From Steroidobacteraceae bacterium (GTDB lineage Bacteria; Pseudomonadota; Gammaproteobacteria; Steroidobacterales; Steroidobacteraceae): a stretch of DNA of 64,000 nt. Below the pieces are notes generated by a model. The model worked only from the letters and a program-made list of their open reading frames with translations, made no database searches and had not been told where the DNA came from. A program made the position numbers and the translations under genes. The stretch spans positions 460 to 64,459 of the forward strand of contig DATHQM010000054.1 of assembly GCA_035482695.1 (NCBI GenBank). The letters are read 5' to 3'. Shown here piece by piece: positions 9,040-17,121 of the stretch (the stretch's first letter is position 1; every line of letters starts with the position of its first letter).

Positions 9040-9140
9040 GCGCCGTTTTCAATCGCAAACCCATCGAAAGATGGGGACGCAAAGCCTCCGGTCTAAGGGT
9101 TGACGCCTATGACAGCGGGGTTGCCGGGGCAGCTAAAGCC
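9040..9140 (+). promoter_or_regulatory. c-di-GMP-I (GEMM-I) riboswitch aptamer
   Basis: GCAAACC-CAUC-GAAA-GAUG-GGGACGCAAAGCCUCCGGUCUAAG...CCUAUGACAGCGGGGUUGCC. This matches, block for block, the V. cholerae Vc2 aptamer as I recall it (GCAAACCAUUCGAAAGAGUGGGACGCAAAGCCUCCGGCCUAA...GCGGGGUUACC). It includes the GNRA tetraloop hairpin (9061-9076) and a tetraloop-receptor-like UCUAAG/UAUGA pair (9092-9097/9108-9112). Located 110 nt upstream of ATG 9250. Confidence 0.88.
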
Positions 9141-9249
9141 GCCTCGTTAGACACGCGCCCGACGTAGCGGGCCATGTCGGGCAACCCCCTGTGCATCTGC
9201 TCCCCGCAACCGGATTGACGCAGTCGTTAATCGGTTTGCTGGAGCACAA

Positions 9250-9729
9250 ATGCAAAAGTCTAGGTCTGGATTCCCGGTGTCGGTGTGGACGGCGACCGCG
9301 CCGGCGGTCGCGCTGCTGCTGCTCGCAGGCTGCGGTGACGGATCGGCCGACAGCGCCTCGAGCTCGGCCGCACCGCAGTCATCGAACAGCACCGTTGCGA
9401 GCCAGCCGACGGGCAGCCGTGGCGATAACCCCCCGCCAACCCGATCGGCGCTACCCGGTCCGAGCACCTCCAGTGCGTCGCTCGACTGGGCTGCACCGAC
9501 CACGAACACCAACGGCTCCGCGCTGACCAACCTGGGTGGTTACAAGATCTACTACGGCACGAGCAGCAGTCGGCTCTCCAGCACAATAACAATCAGCAAC
9601 CCCGGCCTGCTGACCTACGTGGTCGAGGGGTTACCGATAGGCACCACCTACTACTTCACGATCGTCGCGGTCACCACCGGCGGGGTCGAAAGCGCCGACT
9701 CGGCGGTTGTGTCCATGCAGATCTCCTGA
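9250..9729 (+). CDS. lipoprotein with fibronectin type III-like domain
   Basis: Lipobox LLLLAGC, a Ser/Pro-rich linker, then an FN3-like pattern (LDWAAPTTNTNGSALTNLGGYKIYYGTSS...TYYFTIVAVTTGGVESADS). GGAG RBS at 9241-9244. Confidence 0.8.
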   Translation: MQKSRSGFPVSVWTATAPAVALLLLAGCGDGSADSASSSAAPQSSNSTVASQPTGSRGDNPPPTRSALPGPSTSSASLDWAAPTTNTNGSALTNLGGYKIYYGTSSSRLSSTITISNPGLLTYVVEGLPIGTTYYFTIVAVTTGGVESADSAVVSMQIS

Positions 9730-9748
9730 TTACGAACAAAGGATACTC

Positions 9749-10321
9749 ATGAGCACGTCTTCACTCCTGGCGATCGCGGCGTCAGCCAGCCCTTCTCCCG
9801 GCGACTCCGCGATAACCGCCGCGCCGGTAAACGTCGCCATTGCGGACAGCGCGCGGGTGCCGGTAAGCGTCGCCATTCCGGACGCCGCGCCGTATGCCAT
9901 ACAGCTGCGCATCTCCCCGGCACCGATCGATCCGCGCAGCGTGCCGCGTCTCGATATCTTCGACCTGTATACGCTCTACTGCGATGTGCGGCTGGAGAAC
10001 GGACTGATGCGCCACTCACTGCGCCTCGGATTCTTCAAGGACCCCGCCACGGCGAAGGTCATCGCGCGTTACCTGGCGTCCTATTTCGAGGCGACGCAGA
10101 TCGTGCACCTCAATACCACCGAACAGACTCGCTCCCTGCGCGTCAAGCTCGCGGCGCTGAAGGATATCGGTGACTCCGGACGTCACACGGTCATCGAACT
10201 CTCCGAGCCCGAGCCTGCCGCGCCACAGACGCGCCGCGCGCCGCCGCGCCCGCTCGGCAGGCCGCGCGCGCCTGATATCGACACCCGTTCGCTCTGGTCG
10301 CGCCTGGTGCAGCCGCGCTAG
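9749..10321 (+). CDS. hypothetical protein, possible SPOR-like fold
   Basis: AAAGGA RBS then ATG 9749. The segment YAIQLRISPAPID...HSLRLGFFKDPATAKVIARYL is reminiscent of SPOR domains. Arg/Pro-rich tail. Second gene of the riboswitch-led operon. Confidence 0.6.
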   Translation: MSTSSLLAIAASASPSPGDSAITAAPVNVAIADSARVPVSVAIPDAAPYAIQLRISPAPIDPRSVPRLDIFDLYTLYCDVRLENGLMRHSLRLGFFKDPATAKVIARYLASYFEATQIVHLNTTEQTRSLRVKLAALKDIGDSGRHTVIELSEPEPAAPQTRRAPPRPLGRPRAPDIDTRSLWSRLVQPR

Positions 10322-10333
10322 CGCAACGGCTAT

Positions 10334-11278
10334 TCAAAGTCCGGCCAGCACCCCGATCAGGCGGCCGGCCGCGTAGGTAACGGCGGCGGCGACCGCGCCG
10401 ATCGCGGTTTGTCGCAATCCGGAAAATACGGCAGGCCGGGCGTTGAACAGCGAGCTGCTCAGTCCCACGACAAACAGCGCTGTCACCGACAGCGCGATAC
10501 TGCCGGCGACTCTCCAGGGAAGCGGCAAGAGACAAAACGGCAGCAACGGCACGAGCGCACCGCACGCGAACAGCACGAAGGAGAACGTGGCGGCACTCGC
10601 TGCGCTGCCGACCGATGCGACGCTCGGGTGCTGCTCGCGCTGACGCGCATCCAGGGCCGGGTCGAGCTGGCTGAGGGCAAGCTCGCGGGCGTTGGTAACC
10701 GATAGCCATTCACCAAGTGCCATCGAGCAGGCGCCGCCGAGCAGTCCCACCGTGCCGGTGAGCAGCGTGGCCGCGGGAGAGACGCCACCGCCGGCGACGC
10801 CCATCAGCAGGCAGAAGTTCGACGCCAGCCCGTCGTTGACGCCGAGCAACGCGGCGCGCAGGTTGGTCCCGACGGCGACGTCACTCCCGCCCCTCAGGAT
10901 GTCCGCGTGCGCGTGCTCATCGAGCGCCAGCCCCGCCGCCTGCGCGTCCTCCTGGGCCGCGTAGTCGTCCCGATCCTTCATCTCCCGGGTCACGATGCTC
11001 GGTACCACGAACGCCGAGCCGAAGCGCCGTGCGAGGAAGATCAGGAACGCGGTACGCAGCGAGCGGCGCAAGACCGGCAGAACGTGCCCGGCGCCGCGCA
11101 ATTGTTGCTCCCAGAAGGCCGCGTGGCGCCGCTCACTGCTGGCGAGCTCGAGGTAGACCCCGCGTTGCTGCGGATCGCGCTCGAAGCGTGCGAGTGCGGC
11201 ATACAGCTCCGCGCTGTCATGCTCGGCTCGCCAGTTGCGCAGCAGCCGTTCCTTCTCCTGCACGTCGGTGTTCATCAC
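10334..11278 (-). CDS. ferritin-like (erythrin) domain fused to VIT1/CCC1 iron/manganese transporter (MbfA-like), paralog 1
   Basis: N-terminal EHDSAELYAALA...LASSERRHAAFWEQQL (rubrerythrin/erythrin-type helices). C-terminal VIT1 motifs LRAALLGVNDGLASNFCLLMGVAGG and LGEWLSVTNAREL. Confidence 0.85.
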   Translation of the reverse strand: MMNTDVQEKERLLRNWRAEHDSAELYAALARFERDPQQRGVYLELASSERRHAAFWEQQLRGAGHVLPVLRRSLRTAFLIFLARRFGSAFVVPSIVTREMKDRDDYAAQEDAQAAGLALDEHAHADILRGGSDVAVGTNLRAALLGVNDGLASNFCLLMGVAGGGVSPAATLLTGTVGLLGGACSMALGEWLSVTNARELALSQLDPALDARQREQHPSVASVGSAASAATFSFVLFACGALVPLLPFCLLPLPWRVAGSIALSVTALFVVGLSSSLFNARPAVFSGLRQTAIGAVAAAVTYAAGRLIGVLAGL

Positions 11279-11607
11279 GATGCCCGGAATGCAGAATTAG
11301 CGCAGACCGCCGCAGTCTCCTGATAGCGCACTGCGCTTGCCTGGTGATCGTTGATCGCCGCCTGATGATACTGTGCGTCGGCGGCGACATCGAGATACGT
11401 AGCGAGACCTGCAGGCCGCACAGGATCGCGGTGCCGCTGCGCCGCGATAATCCGCTCAAGGCGCAGGTCACCCTCGGAAACTACCTATTACCGGTAGGTC
11501 CGCAGATGGCAGATGGGCGACAACGAGCTGCAGGCGTGCGAGAAGTACCTAGCGACGCCGCGCCCGGCGCGGTAGATGCTCGGGGCGGCTGGCATGACAG
11601 GTACCGT

Positions 11608-12447
11608 ATGAATTCGAACAATGAAACCCACAGCAACGCTGGCGTGCCTCGCAGCGACGCGCCTCGCAGCGATGATTGGAGTCAGTACGCCTCCAAGGGC
11701 CTGCACAGCCGGTTGTTGCACGTATCGCGGCTGGCTACCATGGGGGAGCTGGCCGGCGGCGTATCGCATGAGCTCAACCAGCCGTTGACCGCGATCGCAA
11801 ACTATGCGCACGCATGCGACCGGTTGCTGGCGCGACCTGGTGCCGACCTGGGCGAAGTGCGTGAAGCGCTGCACCAGATCACGCTGCAGACCACGCGCGC
11901 CGCCGACATCATCCGACGGCTGCGAAAACTGGCGGACAGACAAAGCAGCGAGCACCTGCCCGCGAGCGTCAACCTACTCGTGCAGGAGCTGCAGGACCTG
12001 CTGGAGACCGATGCGGGTCTGCATCGAGTGGAGTTGTCGCTGCAGCTGGCTGCGGAACTGCCCGAGGTACTGGTTGACGGCGGACAGATTCAGCAGGTAG
12101 TCCTCAATTTCTTCCGCAACAGCCTCGATGCTCTCGCCGCGCGTGCCCCGAGCGACTCTCCCCGGGTGATCATCCGTACCTCGGCGATCGCCGATAATGA
12201 GGTGGAGCTGGCGGTAAGCGACAATGGACCGGGTCTTGCGCCGGGCCTGAAGAGGCGCCTCTTCGACCCCTTCTTCTCGACCAACGGGCAAGGCAGCGGA
12301 CTGGGTCTTGCGATCAGCAACACCGTGGCACGCGCTCATGGCGGCTCGGTCGGCTACCGGTCCAGCGAGTCAGGTGGTGCCTGCTTTTACATACGGCTCC
12401 CCGTACGCCTCCCCAACCCCGCTGCCGAACCTGCTGTGCCGGCTTGA
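11608..12447 (+). CDS. sensor-less cytoplasmic histidine kinase (HisKA + HATPase only), orphan
   Basis: H-box MGELAGGVSHELNQPLTAIANYA starts about 45 aa from the N-terminus. N/G boxes NFFRNSLDA, DNGPGL and GSGLGLAIS. No TM or sensory domain. ATG 11608; the track's 11029 extension is non-coding-like. Confidence 0.85.
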   Translation: MNSNNETHSNAGVPRSDAPRSDDWSQYASKGLHSRLLHVSRLATMGELAGGVSHELNQPLTAIANYAHACDRLLARPGADLGEVREALHQITLQTTRAADIIRRLRKLADRQSSEHLPASVNLLVQELQDLLETDAGLHRVELSLQLAAELPEVLVDGGQIQQVVLNFFRNSLDALAARAPSDSPRVIIRTSAIADNEVELAVSDNGPGLAPGLKRRLFDPFFSTNGQGSGLGLAISNTVARAHGGSVGYRSSESGGACFYIRLPVRLPNPAAEPAVPA

Positions 12448-12489
12448 AGCCGGCGCCTGGCTGGCATGCGCGCGGCCGGGCAGCAGCGG

Positions 12490-14070
12490 TCAGGTCGCCA
12501 GCAACTCCTCGAGTATCAACAGCAGCTCTTCCGCGTTGATGGGTTTGCTGGCGATGCGCAGGTGCGGATCGTCCCGCAACTGCTTGATAGCGGTCGAGGT
12601 ATCTCCGGTGATGAGCACCGACCGCAGGTCAGCCGCCACGCTCGCTCGCAACTGCTCGATCACCTGCGTCCCAAGCTCGCCATCGCGCAGATGATAATCC
12701 GTGATCAGCAGGTCGGGAGCCCCCTCCTCGCGGGCACTGCGCAGAGCCTCCCCCAGCGAGGCGACGGCCGACACCCGGTAACCTTCGACGTTCAGCAACA
12801 TGCGCGTCGCATCGCGTACTCCCGGATCGTCCTCCACGAGAATGACGCGCGGTTTAGCGGATCCCGCGGGCCTGACAGCTGCCGGGATCCCCTGCGGCCC
12901 CGGGCCCGTGCCCGCCGTGCTTCCCCGCGGAAGCGCGAATGAGAACGTCGAGCCCTTGCCGACCTGGGAGGTCACTTCCAGACGCAGGTTCAGCAGACTC
13001 ACCAGGCGCTGGACGATGCTGAGTCCAAGGCCGTAACCGTCACGCGAACTGTTGGTCGCAACGCCCACCTGGTAGAACTCGTCATAGATGTAAGCGAGCT
13101 GGCTGGCGGGTATGCCGATGCCGGTGTCGACCACATCGATGCGCAAGCAGGCTTGCTCCGGCCGCGCCCGCAGCAGCACCTCGCCCTTAGGGGTGTATTT
13201 GATGGCATTCGAAATCAGGTTGTTGAGGATCTGCCGCACCAGCGAGGGATCGCTGTGCACGCTCCCCGGCGCGGACTGCACCCGCAGCTGCAGTCCCTTG
13301 TCGGCCGCGACGCTGGCAAACTCCCGGCGCAACTCCTCGAACAGCGCGACTACCGTGAAATCGGCAGACTCGGGCTTGATCGCACCCGACTCGAGCTTAC
13401 TGATATCAAGCAATGCGTTCAGCAGACGCGACATCGCATTGATCGCGGCGGCCTGCTGTGACAGCGCTTCGACCGCATCCTGGCCGTGCGTCATGCGGCG
13501 CAGCGAGCCGTTGAGGAGCGCGAGCGTCTGCAGGGGCTGACGCAGGTCGTGACTGGCCGTGGCCAGGAAGCGGCTCTTGGCCTGGTTGGCCCGATCGGCG
13601 CTGTCGCGCGCGTCATCGGCGATGTGTCTGAGCCGATCTGCTACTTCGCGGGCGCGTTCCGAGGCTTCGCGGATCATCTTCAGCTCCGCTTCCGCACGCT
13701 TGCGCTCGGTGACGTCGCGAATCGCCGCGGCGACCAGGATCCGTTCGCCATCCTGGATCGGACTCAGGCTGATCTCGACTGGAAATTCACTACCGTCGGT
13801 GCGTTGTCCGAACAGGGATAGCCCCTCACCCATCGCGCGGATACGCGGTACCGCCGTGTAGCCCTGCCGATGGGCGACGTGGCGACTGCGAAAGCGCGCG
13901 GGCATCAGCCGTTCGATGCTCAGGCCGACGATTTCGGCGGGCGCATAACCGAACAGTGCCGAGATCTGCCGATTGACATACCTGACGATGCCCTCGTCGT
14001 CGATGATGATCATCGCATCCGGAGCAGCGTCGAGCGCGCTGCTTGCCAGATCGATGGATGCCGATCGCAT
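12490..14070 (-). CDS. PAS-containing hybrid sensor histidine kinase/response regulator
   Basis: PAS (MIIIDDEGIVRYVNRQISALFGY), H-box FLATASHDLRQPL, HATPase (DTGIGIP, GYGLGLSIV), C-terminal receiver (RVILVEDDP...LLITDYHL). Confidence 0.9.
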   Translation of the reverse strand: MRSASIDLASSALDAAPDAMIIIDDEGIVRYVNRQISALFGYAPAEIVGLSIERLMPARFRSRHVAHRQGYTAVPRIRAMGEGLSLFGQRTDGSEFPVEISLSPIQDGERILVAAAIRDVTERKRAEAELKMIREASERAREVADRLRHIADDARDSADRANQAKSRFLATASHDLRQPLQTLALLNGSLRRMTHGQDAVEALSQQAAAINAMSRLLNALLDISKLESGAIKPESADFTVVALFEELRREFASVAADKGLQLRVQSAPGSVHSDPSLVRQILNNLISNAIKYTPKGEVLLRARPEQACLRIDVVDTGIGIPASQLAYIYDEFYQVGVATNSSRDGYGLGLSIVQRLVSLLNLRLEVTSQVGKGSTFSFALPRGSTAGTGPGPQGIPAAVRPAGSAKPRVILVEDDPGVRDATRMLLNVEGYRVSAVASLGEALRSAREEGAPDLLITDYHLRDGELGTQVIEQLRASVAADLRSVLITGDTSTAIKQLRDDPHLRIASKPINAEELLLILEELLAT

Positions 14071-14559
14071 GGCGACATCCTAGCGCCGATCCCACGCCGA
14101 CCGCGACTGGAAGCCTCAGGCCGGGGCTAGAGCACGGCGGGTGTCCCGCGCAACGGTAGCTAAGGCCACCGGGCACGCGCCTGCAACACAGTCGCACCGC
14201 TGTACTGTCCGGAGACGGCGAGAGGAGCGTCGAGTGGTCGCCAGCCGACGACGATCAAGATTCACTGAGGTCACGCTGCTGGACAGCCGCGGCGACGAAT
14301 CGGCTGCCGCGGCCATGACCCCGCCTTCGGGGGGCTCTCTACAGGGGGGCCAAATACCACTGCCTATAGGGACTTACCACAACTGCGCGCGCTGCCCGGT
14401 CCTCGAGGGCACCGATGGCCGATATTGGCTCCCGATTGATATGCCAGGATGCCATTGCATGGCAGGCGTGGACTGTATCCCCCGTGCTGCGTCGAGAGTG
14501 AGGGCCATGTCAACGATCGTATCGCGCGTGCGTCTCGAGTGACCGCTGAGGAACGCCGC

Positions 14560-17103
14560 ATGACCAAGCACCGATTTCCCATCTCCGCGAAGATCGCTGC
14601 CGCCTTCTGCGCCATCGTCCTCATCGTGCTGGCGGTCGGGATCATGGCCCTGGTGCGCCTCGATGCGATCAACGCTGGGGCGACCGCAGCGCGCGACAAC
14701 CACGTACCGAGCGCCCGTACCCTGGGCCAGCTGCGTACCAGCGTCAGAATGTACCGCCTCACCGAGGCGGCGCTGGCGCTCCTGGCTCACGATGAACGCG
14801 AAATGCCGGCGGCGAACGCGCAACTGCAGTCTGCGGCGGCTACGGTCGACAAGGCGCGGGCAGACAGCGAGCCATTCATCACGCGTGGCACGGCCGGCGA
14901 GCGCTACCTGCACGATTTCGACGCGATCTGGGCCGCCTACCAGGCGGCCACCGACGGCCCAAGACGCAGCTTCCTGAACCAGGAAACGGATGCACGCAGC
15001 TACTTCGCCGTGGGATCGCGATTCTATGAGGCGGCCACCAGCGTACTGACCCAGGACATCATCGACAATACGCGTGTCAGCATGACTGCCAGCTCGGCCG
15101 CAATAGAGTTCATCACGCGCACGCGTGAGCTCATGCTGGCGGCGCTGCTCGCAGTCATCGCAGCGAGCGCCATCCTCGGGCTGCTGCTGACGCGCAGCGT
15201 GTCGATCCCGGTCAGGGTCACCACCGCTGCCATGAAACGCCTCGCCTCACGCGACTTCGCCGTGACAATCCCCGGCATCGGCCGCGGCGACGAGCTCGGC
15301 GAGATGGCCGACGCCATCGAGGTATTCAGACAGAGCCTCCTCGATCACGAGCGGCTGCGTGCGCACGACGATGCGCAAAAAGCGGCGCTGCTCGTCAGCG
15401 AGCTGCGGTTCCGTGAAATATTCGACTGCGTCCACGACGGGATCTTCATCAGTGACGCCGCCAGCGGTCGCATCGTGGACGTCAATCCGCGCGGTTGCGA
15501 GCTGTTCGGCTTCGAGCGCGACGAGCTGATCGGCACCACGCCGGAAATGCTGGCCGCCGGAGTGACCCCCTACACGGAAACCGGCGTGATGCGCGGCCTC
15601 GTCCGCATGCGCGGCCAGGGTCCGGCCACCTGCGAGTGGCACTGCAAGAGGAAGGACGGGCGGCTGTTCTGGGTGGAGCTGTCGCTGCGGCACGCTAACT
15701 TCGGTGGACAGGACGTGGTGCTCGCCAGCGTGCGCGACATCAGCGATCGCCGCGAGGCGGAAGAGCAGATCAGGCACATGGCGCTCTATGACGGCCTGAC
15801 CGGATTGCCAAACCGCGGCGTATTCGTCGAAGCCGTCGGGCGGGCAATAAGCCGCTCAAGACGTGACGGCCGGAACTTCGCCGTGCTGTTCCTCGATCTG
15901 GATCACTTCAAGGACGTCAACGACACGCTCGGTCATCCTGTGGGGGATGCGCTGCTGCGCGAGGTCGCCGGGCGGCTGCGCAGCGCGGTTCGCGAAACTG
16001 ACGTCGTGGCACGCTTCGGCGGCGACGAATTCGCGGTACTGGCTGACGACATCCATGGTGCGACCGATGCGGCCCAGCTCGGCGACAAGCTGCTCAAGGC
16101 ACTCGAAGCGCCATTTGCCATTCAGGGAACCCAGGTGCGCACCGGCCTGAGTATCGGCATTGCGCCATACACCGAAAGCAGCGCCGACGTCGAGATGCTG
16201 ATGTCGCACGCCGACGTAGCGCTGTACCGAGCCAAGGCCGAAGGCCGGGGCACTTATCGCTTCTTCAACACCGGGATGGACTCCGAGACGCGTGCGCGCG
16301 TCGCCTTGATCGGCGAGCTGCGCGAAGCCATTGCGTCGGATCAGCTGTTTCTCATGTACCAGCCGCAGGTCGACATCGCGAGCGGTCGCATCACCGGCGT
16401 CGAGGCGCTGGTGCGCTGGCGACACCCGCGGCGCGGCGTGCTGGCTCCGGAAACGTTCGTTCCCGAGGCGGAGAGCAGCGGCCTGATCGTCGCCCTCGGC
16501 AGGCGGGTGCTGCGCGATGCGTGCCGCCAGGCGAAACGCTGGCACGACGCCGGCTTGCTGCCGGAGCGCATGGCGGTGAATCTTTCGGCCGGGCAATTAC
16601 GGGTGCCGTCCGAGCTGGAACAGCTCGTCATGGCGACCCTGAGCGAGATCGGGTTGCCCGCGCAGCGGCTCGAGCTGGAGCTGACCGAAAGCATGCTGAT
16701 GGGAACCGGTGCCCACCAGGCCGTGCTCGCGCGCCTGCGTGCGCGGGGCGTGAAAGTCGCTATCGATGAGTTCGGCACGGGCTATTCCTGTCTCGATTAC
16801 CTGCGCTGTTTCCCCGTGGATCGGGTAAAAATTGCGCAGACTTTCGTGGCCGAGCTCGATCAGCCCGGAAACGCAGCGGTAGTGAAGGCCACCATCGGAC
16901 TGGCGCGCGAGCTGCATATGGCGGTCATCGCGGAAGGCCTGGAGACGCGCCGCCAGATCGAGTTGCTGTCGGAGTGGGGCTGCACGGAAGGCCAGGGTTT
17001 CTACTACGCACAACCCGGCTCGCCCGAGGAGCTCGAACCGCTGCTGCGCGCCGGCTTCCTCCGTCGCACATCAGGTGAAGCGGCGAATAAGGTCGCGGCC
17101 TGA
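14560..17103 (+). CDS. membrane sensor HAMP-PAS-GGDEF-EAL protein (c-di-GMP synthesis/turnover)
   Basis: Two TM segments flank a helical periplasmic region, then HAMP and PAS. GGDEF is intact (RFGGDEF) with an RxxD I-site (RETD) five residues upstream. EAL motifs EALVRW, DEFGTGYS, EGLET and QGFYY. GAGGAA RBS before ATG 14560. Confidence 0.9.
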   Translation: MTKHRFPISAKIAAAFCAIVLIVLAVGIMALVRLDAINAGATAARDNHVPSARTLGQLRTSVRMYRLTEAALALLAHDEREMPAANAQLQSAAATVDKARADSEPFITRGTAGERYLHDFDAIWAAYQAATDGPRRSFLNQETDARSYFAVGSRFYEAATSVLTQDIIDNTRVSMTASSAAIEFITRTRELMLAALLAVIAASAILGLLLTRSVSIPVRVTTAAMKRLASRDFAVTIPGIGRGDELGEMADAIEVFRQSLLDHERLRAHDDAQKAALLVSELRFREIFDCVHDGIFISDAASGRIVDVNPRGCELFGFERDELIGTTPEMLAAGVTPYTETGVMRGLVRMRGQGPATCEWHCKRKDGRLFWVELSLRHANFGGQDVVLASVRDISDRREAEEQIRHMALYDGLTGLPNRGVFVEAVGRAISRSRRDGRNFAVLFLDLDHFKDVNDTLGHPVGDALLREVAGRLRSAVRETDVVARFGGDEFAVLADDIHGATDAAQLGDKLLKALEAPFAIQGTQVRTGLSIGIAPYTESSADVEMLMSHADVALYRAKAEGRGTYRFFNTGMDSETRARVALIGELREAIASDQLFLMYQPQVDIASGRITGVEALVRWRHPRRGVLAPETFVPEAESSGLIVALGRRVLRDACRQAKRWHDAGLLPERMAVNLSAGQLRVPSELEQLVMATLSEIGLPAQRLELELTESMLMGTGAHQAVLARLRARGVKVAIDEFGTGYSCLDYLRCFPVDRVKIAQTFVAELDQPGNAAVVKATIGLARELHMAVIAEGLETRRQIELLSEWGCTEGQGFYYAQPGSPEELEPLLRAGFLRRTSGEAANKVAA

Positions 17104-17121
17104 GCGGCCGCTCACGCACAC

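Noticed and set aside
11029-11607. N-terminal 193-aa extension of the orphan kinase ORF, and possible small ORFs or ncRNA in the 329-bp divergent spacer (11279-11607)
   Set aside because: The extension overlaps the MbfA-like gene on the other strand, has poor codon bias and encodes Arg-rich sequence. Only short palindromes (e.g. TACCGGTA) were seen, nothing I can name.
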